Source of the DNA: an uncultured Victivallales bacterium
GTDB taxonomy: Bacteria; Verrucomicrobiota; Kiritimatiellia; UBA8416; CAYOBW01
Length of the DNA stretch: 64,000 nucleotides
NCBI GenBank assembly: GCA_964402115.1
Contig: CAYOBW010000006.1
Coordinates: 3,303-67,302 of the forward strand
Reading direction: 5' to 3'
Shown: positions 27,068-36,465 of the stretch, piece by piece
Position numbering within the stretch: the stretch's first letter is position 1
Layout: each line of letters opens with the position of its first letter
Program-made: the position numbers and the translations under genes
The notes under the pieces: model-generated
Seen by the model: the letters and a program-made list of their open reading frames with translations, nothing else
What the model was told of the DNA's origin: nothing
Databases searched by the model: none

Positions 27068-28508
27068 ATCAGCTCCGGGTGACGGGAAGCCTGTGGTTGT
27101 GGTCGAAATCGGCAACGACTGGCTGAAGATCCTGCATGCACGAGCGGACCGTCGTGGGCTGATAGCCGAGCATCTCTTCCTTGAAAGAATCGTCCCGGGA
27201 GACCTGGAACTGCCAGGGCGTATAGCCGCCCTTTTCGAGAAGCACCGCCTGCCCAAGAACAACGTGGTCGCCTGCCTGCCTCGGCAGGTTGTGAATGTCA
27301 GGTTGCTCGATCTGCCGTCCACGGACCGCGATGAAATCGCCGACATGGTCGAGTTGCAGTCCGCACGGCAAACGCCGTATACGAAAGACGAGATTGTTTT
27401 CGACTATCGTGTACTGAGCACGGCCCGTGAAGGCTACACGAAGGTCATGCTGGCGATCGTCCAGCGCAACGTGCTGCGCGAGCGTTTCCTGCTGCTGGAG
27501 GAAGCCGGCCTGTCACCCGTGCGCATGACCGTAACGTCCGAGGGGTTGCTCAACTGGTTCAATCTCTGCGCGGCTGTCCCGGCCGATCAGGGCGCTGCGA
27601 TCCTCGACGTGGACTCGTTCTACAGCGACTTCGCGGTGATTGCAGCCCGGCAGCTCGTCTTTACCCGTAGCATGCTCATGGGGGCGAACGAACTCATTGG
27701 CGGTGACCCGGCTGCGCTCCAAAGGCTGGTGGGCGAGGTCAAACGTTCTCTGGACATGTTCCGCAGCGAGCACGGGCGGGCGGAAATGGGCAAGTTGATC
27801 GTGACCGGAGCAGGCCTGCATGTGACCGCTCTGGCGGGCGCCCTGCGCGCGGCGCTGGACCTGCCCGTGGAGAACGCTGACGTTCGGGGGAACATGACGC
27901 GGCAGCCGAAGGGGGCGGTGCTGGACGATCCGGCGAACCTCTCCGCGTCCCTCACCTCGATCGTGGGCATGGCGCTGGCGCCTCAGGAGTTGTCGTTCAA
28001 TCTGGTGCCCGAGACGGTTCGCTTCCGAAGAAATCTGCTGGAGCGTGCGCGGCGGATGTCGTGGCTGACGATCCTGGTGATGGGTTTCATGCTGTCCCTG
28101 TCTACGTATGCCTGCGTGCGCTACGGCCTCGCGTGGTCCGCATTGAGGACGCGTCAGCACGGCATTGCAGCCACCGAGAAGCAAGCGCAGGCGGTGCGCT
28201 GGATGCAGGGCATCGTCAAGGTCATCCGCGAACGCGAACGGAACGAAGCCAGCGTTCTGCGGCAGCTGGATGTCATTCACGCGGCTACGCCGCGCGGCAT
28301 TTACCTGGACCAACTCGATCTCGATGTCTCCAAACGGCAGGCCACCATGGAGGGGGCTGGGCAGTCCATCAAGGAGATTCGCGACTTCGCCGCCAGCTTG
28401 GAGAATGGTCCCTTTTTCAAGAACGTCAAGGATGGCGGTTACCAGTTGGATCCGGCAAAGGGCATGTACAAGTTCCGCATGGTTTGCGCCTTGGAGGTTC
28501 CGGAATGA
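27057..28508 (+). CDS. gspL: GspL-like assembly protein (PilM actin-like domain fused to a PilN-like TM and periplasmic part)
   Basis: N-terminal PilM-like region (VVVEIGNDWLKILHA ... ILDVDSFYSDFAVI ... LIVTGAGL), a mid-protein TM segment (WLTILVMGFMLSLSTYACV), and a C-terminal PilN-like domain. Overlaps the gspK end by 11 nt. Confidence 0.75.
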   Translation: MSTKSAPGDGKPVVVVEIGNDWLKILHARADRRGLIAEHLFLERIVPGDLELPGRIAALFEKHRLPKNNVVACLPRQVVNVRLLDLPSTDRDEIADMVELQSARQTPYTKDEIVFDYRVLSTAREGYTKVMLAIVQRNVLRERFLLLEEAGLSPVRMTVTSEGLLNWFNLCAAVPADQGAAILDVDSFYSDFAVIAARQLVFTRSMLMGANELIGGDPAALQRLVGEVKRSLDMFRSEHGRAEMGKLIVTGAGLHVTALAGALRAALDLPVENADVRGNMTRQPKGAVLDDPANLSASLTSIVGMALAPQELSFNLVPETVRFRRNLLERARRMSWLTILVMGFMLSLSTYACVRYGLAWSALRTRQHGIAATEKQAQAVRWMQGIVKVIRERERNEASVLRQLDVIHAATPRGIYLDQLDLDVSKRQATMEGAGQSIKEIRDFAASLENGPFFKNVKDGGYQLDPAKGMYKFRMVCALEVPE

Positions 28509-29074
28509 TCACCGCCAAACTCGACAAGCTCAGCGGACGCGAGCAGGCGCTCATTGCGGCGGCTGCCCTCAGTGTGCTCGGCTATCTCATGGATCTTTTC
28601 GTTGTCGGGCGCGTGGCGGGTGCGCTCAAGACTGTGTCTCAGGAGATTGAGCAGGCCGATCTGCGGCTCGATGTCAACAAGCGGGTTCTGCTGATGGAGC
28701 GGGACGCCAAAGACGAGTTCGAGAAAGAAAAGGGTAAGTTCACAGTAGCCGGCGCGGCCGCCCGCGCAAGCGAGGAGACCAGGGGACAAATTCACGACCT
28801 TGCCGTACGTACAGGCGTCGTGGTGGTCTCCAGCGAGCAGAGGGAACCCGTCAAGGGTGAATTTGCGGACGAGTATGCCGTTGAGATCAAGCAGTTCAAA
28901 GCGGATATCGACAAGTTGATCGATTTCCTTTACGAATTGCAGGCAGCACCCGGTATGCTGCGGGTCGTGAGATTGACGGTCAGCCCCCCTCCTCGGGGAG
29001 AAGGTGGGCTGGAGGGGGCCATGCTCATAACCAAGCGCATGGTACCAGGTGATAGGGCTCCGATTGCCCCGTAA
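28505..29074 (+). CDS. GspM/PilO-like assembly protein
   Basis: ATGA overlap with the upstream stop. It has an N-terminal TM segment (ALIAAAALSVLGYLMDLFVV), a coiled coil, then a ferredoxin-like end (YAVEIKQFKADIDKLIDFLYELQAAPGMLRVVRLTV). Confidence 0.7.
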   Translation: MITAKLDKLSGREQALIAAAALSVLGYLMDLFVVGRVAGALKTVSQEIEQADLRLDVNKRVLLMERDAKDEFEKEKGKFTVAGAAARASEETRGQIHDLAVRTGVVVVSSEQREPVKGEFADEYAVEIKQFKADIDKLIDFLYELQAAPGMLRVVRLTVSPPPRGEGGLEGAMLITKRMVPGDRAPIAP

Positions 29075-29107
29075 CGACAAAGATGGGTTAATCTGGCGAC
29101 AAAACCT

Positions 29108-30343
29108 ATGTCAGAGCGCGATCACAACCTGCAAGACAACGGATCATACACCACCGGTGCTGTGTTGACACGGCATACCGAGGCGGTGCCGGCGGCCATG
29201 GGCCCCGTGATCACCATGGAGTTGGTACAGCGCTACGTCGAGTCCGAACGCAATCGTCACCGGCGTATCCTGCTTTGGACGAGCGCCCTTTCTGTCTTTG
29301 TCATCCTCCTCGTGCTCGTGCTGTTCGTCTCGATCGGCATTTTTGTCCTGTCGAACGCACGGCGTGCTGCCGAAATCGCCGAGGGCGTGGAAGACCGGAC
29401 TGAGGCCGTGGCCACGGAAGTCACTGGCGTCTCCAGCAAGGTCGGGGAATTGGTGTCGACTCAGCAACACGTTAAGCAGAAACTGGAGGCCGATGATACC
29501 CAGCGTAAGGAGGATCGCGTTATGCTGCAAAGCGACCTGCGCCGCTTCAGCCAGTGGGTATCGACGTCGCAGAGTCGCGATGAGGAGGCTTTCAAAGCCA
29601 TGGAGTATCGGTTGCGGCAGATGGAGTCAAGCCTTGCCACGCGGGACCGCGAACTCGTCGCACTGCAGGAGCGATACACAGCCCTCCAAACTGCCACGGT
29701 GAGCCTCGGTCGCGCTGCCGCGCCAACAAATCTTGAGCTTGCGGTCACGGCTCCCAGCCTGCCATCCGCGAGCCAGAGTACCGGCACCAACCTGCTTCCG
29801 ATTACGGTACCCACTGTGCCCGCGCCCGCACAAGACCGGGAAACCAACACCGTGTCTTTCCCGAATGGCGACCGCTACGAAGGCGAATTCGAAGACGGGC
29901 TGTTCAACGGTTACGGCGTGTACGCCTTCGGGAATGGCGATCGCTACGAAGGCTACTTCGAGCAGGACGTCATGCACGGCAAGGGTGCCATGGTCTACGC
30001 CAATGGGAATCGCTACACGGGTGAATGGCGCATGGGCAAGCGTAACGGCATCGGCGAACTGCGCTTGGCCAATGGCGATGTCTACACGGGAACATTCGCT
30101 GATGACCAGCGAACCGGTCAGGGTACGTATGCGTTCAAAGGCGGCGCTCGCTATGTTGGGGAGTTCCTGAACGGCGTTCGGCATGGTAACGGCTGTTACC
30201 GCTACCCCGCGGGCGACGAATACAGAGGATATTTCAAGGATGGCAAGCGCGATGGCGCCGGTGTATGCACTTTCGCTAACGGTCAGCAGGTAAAGGGTTT
30301 ATGGAAAGACGATCAGTTGGCTGAACGCGTTGAAGGTGAGTGA
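29108..30343 (+). CDS. membrane-anchored coiled-coil protein with C-terminal MORN repeats
   Basis: TM segment (ILLWTSALSVFVILLVLVLFVSIGIFVL), a coiled coil, a Pro/Ser linker, then about 7 MORN units (YEGEFEDGLFNGYGVY, YEGYFEQDVMHGKGAM, YTGEWRMGKRNGIGEL, YTGTFADDQRTGQGTY, YVGEFLNGVRHGNGCY, YRGYFKDGKRDGAGVC). Confidence 0.85.
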   Translation: MSERDHNLQDNGSYTTGAVLTRHTEAVPAAMGPVITMELVQRYVESERNRHRRILLWTSALSVFVILLVLVLFVSIGIFVLSNARRAAEIAEGVEDRTEAVATEVTGVSSKVGELVSTQQHVKQKLEADDTQRKEDRVMLQSDLRRFSQWVSTSQSRDEEAFKAMEYRLRQMESSLATRDRELVALQERYTALQTATVSLGRAAAPTNLELAVTAPSLPSASQSTGTNLLPITVPTVPAPAQDRETNTVSFPNGDRYEGEFEDGLFNGYGVYAFGNGDRYEGYFEQDVMHGKGAMVYANGNRYTGEWRMGKRNGIGELRLANGDVYTGTFADDQRTGQGTYAFKGGARYVGEFLNGVRHGNGCYRYPAGDEYRGYFKDGKRDGAGVCTFANGQQVKGLWKDDQLAERVEGE

Positions 30344-30368
30344 TTGGCAACGTACACGGTTTTTCATG

Positions 30369-30398
30369 TTGACGTCGAATGGTGTTTTGGCTGAGAAT
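30369..30398 (+). promoter_or_regulatory. candidate sigma70-type promoter
   Basis: TTGACG (30369-30374), an 18-nt spacer, then GAGAAT (30393-30398), within an AT-richer gap. AGGAG ribosome-binding site before ATG 30425. This is a pattern match only. Confidence 0.25.
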
Positions 30399-30424
30399 AG
30401 GGCACGTAAATAGGAGTAAGCACT

Positions 30425-32566
30425 ATGACAAACGCACAAAAGCTTCATGAATCCTCGCGCGGGTTAGTCTTCATGGCGGCACTGGTTGCGGCAGGGGCGC
30501 TGGTGCTTCCCTCGCGGGCGGCAAACAGTCTGCCATGGACGGACGACTTCGAGACGGGATACATCGAGAACACGCCCCTGAACGGAGGAGCAAAGGGCTG
30601 GACCGCGTCCGACACGGGCGTGAAAGCGCAGTCCGGCGTCAAGCACCTAGGGGCCTTTGCGGCCTTTATCCCCAGCGAGGCGGGAGTCACCAACCTCTTC
30701 TCCGGAGCACCGCAAAAGGTGTGGATCGACATGTACGTGCGGCCCACCCTTCAGTCGCTGTACGCGCCTGGAGACCCCACTGTCGATGCGACAGCTACCG
30801 CCTTCTTCTTCTTCCAATCAAACGGATTCGCGCGCGTGCGCAACGGTAGTCTCTGGGAGAACAAGACGGGGAATCCCGTTAACGGTAGCCAGTTCTACCG
30901 CGTGACTGTTTTCGAAAACCACACGACTGACAAGTGGGCTCTCTTCATCAACGGGGTGATGGTGGCTGACCAGTTGGTCTTCGCCAACCCCGGTGCCGGC
31001 TTTACCTCGCTGGCCGTGCGCAATGGCGCCTACCTGGACAACGTCTTCGTCAGCACCTACTTCCCACAGGCAGGCGATCTGAACGGAGTACTGAGCACCG
31101 ACGACGCGGATGCCGACAGTTCGGCAGACGTCTGGGAACTCCACTACTTCGGCAACAAGCTTACCTACGGCGCCGGGGCAGACCCTGATGGAGACGGTCG
31201 CTTCAATGAAGAAGAGTGGGCAACCTCGACAGATCCGACCTCGGCTAGCTCGGTCGCGTGGACGATCCCCTATCTGCAGACGTTCGAAACGGCCGTCCAA
31301 GGGATTTCGAGCTCTTGGCACGGCATCACCAAGTCTGGAGCCGGGCAAGCGAGCATCGTTGCCTCAACCGAAATGCAGGGCTCCCGCGTGCTGAACATCA
31401 GCACCGCGACAGTCAGCTTTGCGCTGTCGACACTCAACGCAAACAATACGAACGTCTGGTGCCAGATCTACGCGAAGCCGGGCGTCTATTACGATGGCGG
31501 CGGTTCGCCGACCCTCGGTGCTGATACGGTTTGCGGTTTCTACGTCCGCCGCTCCGATGGTGCCCTGATGGTCTACAGCAACACGATCTGGCAGCAGGCC
31601 ACCCTACTGCCCACAGTCCCAACCAACAAGTGGCTGGGGTTTGCCGTTCACTTGGACTATTCACCCAATCCTACAACCGGTCGGAAATGGGAGCTATATG
31701 TCTCTACCAATGGCACTTATGGCGCATTGATGAAGCGCGTACATACTGGTTCACTCGCATTCAACAGCAGTGCCGTCAACACAAGCTTCTCAGGAATCCA
31801 GATCGAAACCGAGCTGCCAGCCTATCTGGACGCGCTCGCCGTGTCTCCTGGATTTGACGGTACGGCAGATTCCTTAGACGCCAACCTCGTTGTACATGAG
31901 CGCTTTGCCAATGCGACGAAGTATATCTCGCGCCCGCCGTATGCTTACTCGGATGCCGACTCCAAACTGAACGGCCTTGTGGGAACGCACTTGAAGCGCG
32001 GTCTGAAAACCGGAGGCAATGCCGCTCCCTTGCCATTAGCTGACAACCTTAAGGTGCTAACTGATGAATGGCAGTCGTACTACGTGAATACGCTGTCGAC
32101 TTGGAACGTCGCGACGGTCGGCTCGGCGCCGACGTCGGAAATGGTCATCACAAACACAGCAGGACTTTCCCTGGCTCGCCGCCCGGGTACCGACTTCGTC
32201 GTGTTCTATCCTCACACGAACACGGACACCAATCAGGCCTTCTCGGGCAACATTCATGGTTCAGGCACCGTGAACGGCTGGAACGTGTTGTCTCTACCGC
32301 CCAGCTTCCGTCCACGTCTCGTGAACGGAGCTCCCGATGGCGGCCCAGGATTCCCCGGCGGAACGAACTACACGGATTATGTTCAAGCGGCGGCTGGTGA
32401 TGAGATCCGCATTTTCGAGGGTGGGCGCCGGCTCTACTTCAACGTCCTCAGCAAGAAATGGATGGAGAAGGGATCGGTGGCGGATGCAACCCTTCATCCC
32501 GGCATAGGTTTCCTCCTGCGTCGCAAGGATGGAACGGATGTTACATGGGCGCCGACAGACAATTAA
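30425..32566 (+). CDS. secreted protein of unknown function with two related modules and an Asp-rich thrombospondin-type-3-like motif
   Basis: Signal peptide (LVFMAALVAAGALVLPSRAA). Related module starts LPWTDDFETGY and WTIPYLQTFETAV. Motif DDADADSSADVWELHYFG...DPDGDGRFNEEEWATSTDP. Confidence 0.8.
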   Translation: MTNAQKLHESSRGLVFMAALVAAGALVLPSRAANSLPWTDDFETGYIENTPLNGGAKGWTASDTGVKAQSGVKHLGAFAAFIPSEAGVTNLFSGAPQKVWIDMYVRPTLQSLYAPGDPTVDATATAFFFFQSNGFARVRNGSLWENKTGNPVNGSQFYRVTVFENHTTDKWALFINGVMVADQLVFANPGAGFTSLAVRNGAYLDNVFVSTYFPQAGDLNGVLSTDDADADSSADVWELHYFGNKLTYGAGADPDGDGRFNEEEWATSTDPTSASSVAWTIPYLQTFETAVQGISSSWHGITKSGAGQASIVASTEMQGSRVLNISTATVSFALSTLNANNTNVWCQIYAKPGVYYDGGGSPTLGADTVCGFYVRRSDGALMVYSNTIWQQATLLPTVPTNKWLGFAVHLDYSPNPTTGRKWELYVSTNGTYGALMKRVHTGSLAFNSSAVNTSFSGIQIETELPAYLDALAVSPGFDGTADSLDANLVVHERFANATKYISRPPYAYSDADSKLNGLVGTHLKRGLKTGGNAAPLPLADNLKVLTDEWQSYYVNTLSTWNVATVGSAPTSEMVITNTAGLSLARRPGTDFVVFYPHTNTDTNQAFSGNIHGSGTVNGWNVLSLPPSFRPRLVNGAPDGGPGFPGGTNYTDYVQAAAGDEIRIFEGGRRLYFNVLSKKWMEKGSVADATLHPGIGFLLRRKDGTDVTWAPTDN

Positions 32567-32591
32567 CCTTTGAACGAAAAGAGGTGACGTC

Positions 32592-33566
32592 ATGAAGCAA
32601 GTCGTTAGGAAAGTTGCAGTAGGAATGGCGACGGTGGCGTTGGCGTGCGGATCAACGATGGCCGCCAAGCCTGGCGTGTATGCCAGACCGATTCTGCCTG
32701 GGATCGTAGATGGCAGCCCCGTCTTCATCTCCGGCAGCGGGGGTGACCTAACGGTCAACTTCGATGCGGTTCCCACCGTATCGATCCCGCCGTCCGACAC
32801 CGGCACGTGCGGTGCCGAAGTCAAAACATCGTTCGGCAATTTGGCGGGCGACTATGATGCCGGGAAGGTTCAGGGGATCATTTTCAAGATCCGCCGCAAC
32901 GTGGGTTCTGGCCCTGTTCGCGTCGGTCTTACCGTGACATCGAGGGACGTCGGCATGTGGCGCTTCGAGCGCGTGCTGGTGCCGGACGCGACGGGGACGT
33001 GGGTGACCAACACGGTGTCCATTGACAGACGTGCGGGATGGATGATGGAAGTGCCACCGGGGTACACGGAAGAGCAGAAGGACGACCTCTGGAAGCAAAC
33101 CCTACGCTCCGTTTGCAGCGTTTCAGTTATGGTCACGCGACGAGGGTACGAGGCGGAAAGCTACAGTGTCGATGACTTGGTGCTCTTTGGGGACGGGTTC
33201 ATGACCAAGGAAGCCAAGCTGACCGCGAGCCTGATGGACGCATTCGGCGTGCAGAGCACCGCAGACTTGGCACCGGGTCAGTTGATGGCGGACTCCGACC
33301 GGGATGGCGTAAGCGACGTCGATGCCGTGCAGGCTGGCAAGGATCCCGGCTTGGCGGTATCAATTCTGGATGTGACCGCTGTTGGCGTGCGCTTGGAGTG
33401 GCCGTGTGTCGCCAAGAAGACATATACACTCTACCGTTCGGAAACGATGAGTGGGGAGTTTCTCCCCATCGCCGTTGTGCCTGCATCCGAGAGTGGTTAC
33501 ATGACGTACATGGATGCTGAAGCGACCGGGGCGGGGCCGTTCTTCTACAAAGTAAAGAAGCAGTAA
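32592..33566 (+). CDS. secreted protein of unknown function (Asp-rich motif plus Fn3-like C-terminus)
   Basis: Signal peptide (VAVGMATVALACGSTMAA), DSDRDGVSDVDAVQAGKDP, then VTAVGVRLEWPCVAKKTYTLYRSETMSG. AGAGGTGA ribosome-binding site. Confidence 0.75.
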   Translation: MKQVVRKVAVGMATVALACGSTMAAKPGVYARPILPGIVDGSPVFISGSGGDLTVNFDAVPTVSIPPSDTGTCGAEVKTSFGNLAGDYDAGKVQGIIFKIRRNVGSGPVRVGLTVTSRDVGMWRFERVLVPDATGTWVTNTVSIDRRAGWMMEVPPGYTEEQKDDLWKQTLRSVCSVSVMVTRRGYEAESYSVDDLVLFGDGFMTKEAKLTASLMDAFGVQSTADLAPGQLMADSDRDGVSDVDAVQAGKDPGLAVSILDVTAVGVRLEWPCVAKKTYTLYRSETMSGEFLPIAVVPASESGYMTYMDAEATGAGPFFYKVKKQ

Positions 33567-33602
33567 CCGAGTGTCTGCTGCGAGGATGGAAGGAGAAAGC
33601 AA

Positions 33603-34313
33603 ATGAATAAGTTCATTGTGGGAATCTCGACCTTGGCCTGGGTGGCCATCTGTAGTCAGGCTGGTATCATTGTTACGGAAGACTTTGATTCGTATTCCAG
33701 TTTTGCGGCGACCCCGTCCTTTGATTCGAACGCAACATGGGGACCGGGTACCGTTCCGGGGTGGGGTGGAGGAAGCACGTTCACATCCACGGATGGGGAT
33801 GCGCTGGGCATGTACTTCGTAGGGGCGCAGCTCGGTTCTGGCTTCGAAGGAAATTGGAATGGCCTTTTACCGGTAAAGACCATCTCATCCTATTTCTATG
33901 CGAATTCCGGGTCGCCGAGTGGTAAGCCAAATTCCCTGGAAATGTATTTCATAGGAATGGGAGAAAAATGGTACTACCCCTTGGCGCCAGTGGGTGGGTG
34001 GGGTTACTATTCGGTTAGCGTTGGGGAGTACTACGTAGGCCCGGGAAATTGGTACAATTTTGATGGCCGGACCCCAACGCAATTCCTTGCTGACATGGGC
34101 AATGTTACCGAGGTTGGCTTCTATCTGACCTACGATCCCGGCTACAATGATCAAATTTACGCCATGGATGACTTGACGCTCTTGGATGACTTCAACGTTC
34201 CGGAGCCGGGAACCATGATGTTCCTCGGGGCTGCGTTTGTTTCGCTAGGGCTGACGTTCCGCCGGCGCCTTGGAGAGAGCTTGGCGATGGTCAAGACAGC
34301 GATTAAGGGTTAG
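33603..34313 (+). CDS. PEP-CTERM sorting-domain protein
   Basis: Signal peptide plus the C-terminal motif VPEPGTMMFLGAAFVSLGLTFRRRLG (PEP, TM segment, Arg cluster). The DNA is visibly less GC-rich than the neighbouring genes. Confidence 0.85.
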   Translation: MNKFIVGISTLAWVAICSQAGIIVTEDFDSYSSFAATPSFDSNATWGPGTVPGWGGGSTFTSTDGDALGMYFVGAQLGSGFEGNWNGLLPVKTISSYFYANSGSPSGKPNSLEMYFIGMGEKWYYPLAPVGGWGYYSVSVGEYYVGPGNWYNFDGRTPTQFLADMGNVTEVGFYLTYDPGYNDQIYAMDDLTLLDDFNVPEPGTMMFLGAAFVSLGLTFRRRLGESLAMVKTAIKG

Positions 34314-34334
34314 GAAATCTGGCTAGGCATCTGA

Positions 34335-34371
34335 GGGGGGCAATCTTCAAGATTGCCCCCCTTCGCTTTTC
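34335..34371 (+). terminator. rho-independent terminator closing the long + strand block
   Basis: GGGGGGCAATC (34335-34345), loop TTCAA, GATTGCCCCCC (34351-34361), followed by TTCGCTTTTCT. Confidence 0.8.
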
Positions 34372-34416
34372 TGACAGGTCGCATCGTTCGAATGGCAGCC
34401 TGCGGTACTCAACTAC

Positions 34417-35460
34417 ATGGCTAACTCAATTCATTTTTGTGCGCTTCGAATCGAAGTCCCTGTCTTTCTGGCGCCCATGGCCGGCTATACCGATTCCGCG
34501 ATGCGGACGCTTGCGCTGGAACACGGTGCTGGACTGGCTTTCACGGAGGTCACAAACGCTGAGGGCTTGGTCCGTGGGTCGCGGCAGACCTTGCACTTGC
34601 TGGAAACATCTCCTTCTGAGCGCCCCGTCTATGCGCATTTGTATGGATGCTCGCCGGCAATCATGGGTGACGCCGCTCGGTTGGTGTACGAACTGGGGCG
34701 CTTCGAGGGCATCGATGTGAATGCCGGCTGTCCAGTTCGCAAGATCGTCAACAAGGGCTCAGGCGTAGCCCTGATGCGGTCCCCAGCGTTGATTGAGAAG
34801 ATCGTCAGGGCCGTTTGTTCGGCCTCGCCACTGCCCGTGACGCTCAAGACCAGGCTGGGGTTACGACCTGACGCGATGCTGGCTGAGGACGTTTTGCTGG
34901 CGGCCCAGGCAGGCGGAGCTGCAGCCGTGACCGTTCACGCCCGATTCGCCTCCGACCAGCATAAGGGTCCACCAGCGCTTGATGTGCTTGCTCGGCTCAA
35001 AAGCGTTCTGTCCATACCTGTCATCGGTAACGGAGGCGTTGAGTCGGCTGATGGCGTACTGGCTATGATGCGTGAGACAAATGTGGACGGGGTCATGATT
35101 GGCCGCGGTGCTGTTGGCAACCCCTGGGTATTCTCGTCCATCAGGGCACGACTGTGCGGAGGCACTCCGGTTGTTCGTACGCCTGAGACGCTTCGCGAAG
35201 TCATAGCGACACACCTGAAGCGCTTGACGGATTTGAAGTGCAAGGAGCGAAAAGTGCGGCGGCGCTGCAGGCTTCCCGACGAGGAAGCCGCAGTGCTCGC
35301 CTTTCGGCCTCACCTCGTCCAGTACCTGAAGGGTTTTCGCCGCTGGGTGGATGTTCGGCGGGACTTGACGCGGATTCGCACACCTGCCGATGTATTCACG
35401 GCTGTCGATCTGGTATTGGCTCGCAACGCAGGCGACGCGGCAGCGCGCGAGCTGTGTTGA
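34417..35460 (+). CDS. tRNA-dihydrouridine synthase
   Basis: Dus family motifs LAPMAGYTDSAMR, IDVNAGCPVRKIV, and IGNGGV...VDGVMIGRGA.GNPW.F. Confidence 0.85.
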   Translation: MANSIHFCALRIEVPVFLAPMAGYTDSAMRTLALEHGAGLAFTEVTNAEGLVRGSRQTLHLLETSPSERPVYAHLYGCSPAIMGDAARLVYELGRFEGIDVNAGCPVRKIVNKGSGVALMRSPALIEKIVRAVCSASPLPVTLKTRLGLRPDAMLAEDVLLAAQAGGAAAVTVHARFASDQHKGPPALDVLARLKSVLSIPVIGNGGVESADGVLAMMRETNVDGVMIGRGAVGNPWVFSSIRARLCGGTPVVRTPETLREVIATHLKRLTDLKCKERKVRRRCRLPDEEAAVLAFRPHLVQYLKGFRRWVDVRRDLTRIRTPADVFTAVDLVLARNAGDAAARELC

Positions 35461-35550
35461 TCTGCATGGCTTGGATGGCGCGAGGCCGAACCTGGGCGCG
35501 GATTGGTGAGTGGCGCCGAACGAAGGTACGCGCTCTTCACAATAGGGCGA

Positions 35551-36426
35551 TCAGGCTCTATTTCGGTTGCGTGCAGCCTGTGCGTGTCTGTCAGGATGCT
35601 CGGGCTGACAGCGAGGGCAGATATGGGTGCTCCGCTGGGCTACGAGGATACGTGTGATTGGGGTTGCGCAAGTTGGGCAGGGCTCGCCCGTTCGACGGAA
35701 CACCTGCAACGCGTCCTGGTTGCGGCCGCGCCGGCCGGCGACGCTGTAAAAATTCGCACGGCCTCCTCCGAGTGACGTGCCCTGGGAACTGATGCCTCGC
35801 CGTAGTACCGTGCGGATCGCCATATGCAGGCGGGCGATATCGTCAGGCGTCAGTGACGAGACGCTGCGTCGAGGGTGCAGCCGGGCCGCGAACAAGGCTT
35901 CGTCGGCGTAGATGTTGCCGACGCCAGCCACGACGCTTTGATCGAGCAGCGCAGGCTTCAGCCGACCTGACCTCCCGACAAAGCACTGCTGAAGCGCGGC
36001 AGGTGTGAAGGACCTGGCAAGGGGCTCCGGTCCCAGTCGCCCGACGATTGAGTTTGGATTGTCCGTAACCGTCCAGCGGCCAAACTTGCGCACGTCTCGA
36101 AATCGTAGCTCCCGCCCGTCGTCCAGCGCGAGTGAAACGCGGTCGTGCTTATCCAATGGTGCGCCAGCCGGCTCAAAGCGCAGATTACCGGTCATGCGAA
36201 GGTGGACGAACAGATTCAACCCGCCGGACAGGCTCAAGACAATGTACTTGGCTCGCCGCGAGATTTCTTCGACGCGTTGGTTCTTGAGCCGGATCGCGAA
36301 GGCTTGAGGAGTAATCCCCGAAAGTGTTCGGGGCCACATAATTGAAACATGCAAGATGCGACGCGCCGGTAAGCCGGCTGCTCGCAGCCCGCGCACAACG
36401 GTTTCTACCTCGGGTAATTCCGGCAC
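35551..36426 (-). CDS. mutM: formamidopyrimidine-DNA glycosylase
   Basis: N-terminal MPELPEVETV, H2TH region (LLDQSVVAGVGNIYADEALF), and a C-terminal zinc finger (CPTC...CPRC). Confidence 0.9.
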   Translation of the reverse strand: MPELPEVETVVRGLRAAGLPARRILHVSIMWPRTLSGITPQAFAIRLKNQRVEEISRRAKYIVLSLSGGLNLFVHLRMTGNLRFEPAGAPLDKHDRVSLALDDGRELRFRDVRKFGRWTVTDNPNSIVGRLGPEPLARSFTPAALQQCFVGRSGRLKPALLDQSVVAGVGNIYADEALFAARLHPRRSVSSLTPDDIARLHMAIRTVLRRGISSQGTSLGGGRANFYSVAGRRGRNQDALQVFRRTGEPCPTCATPITRILVAQRSTHICPRCQPEHPDRHAQAARNRNRA

Positions 36427-36465
36427 TACGAACCTCCTTGCTTGGTCGACGCTGCCCGTGCTTGC

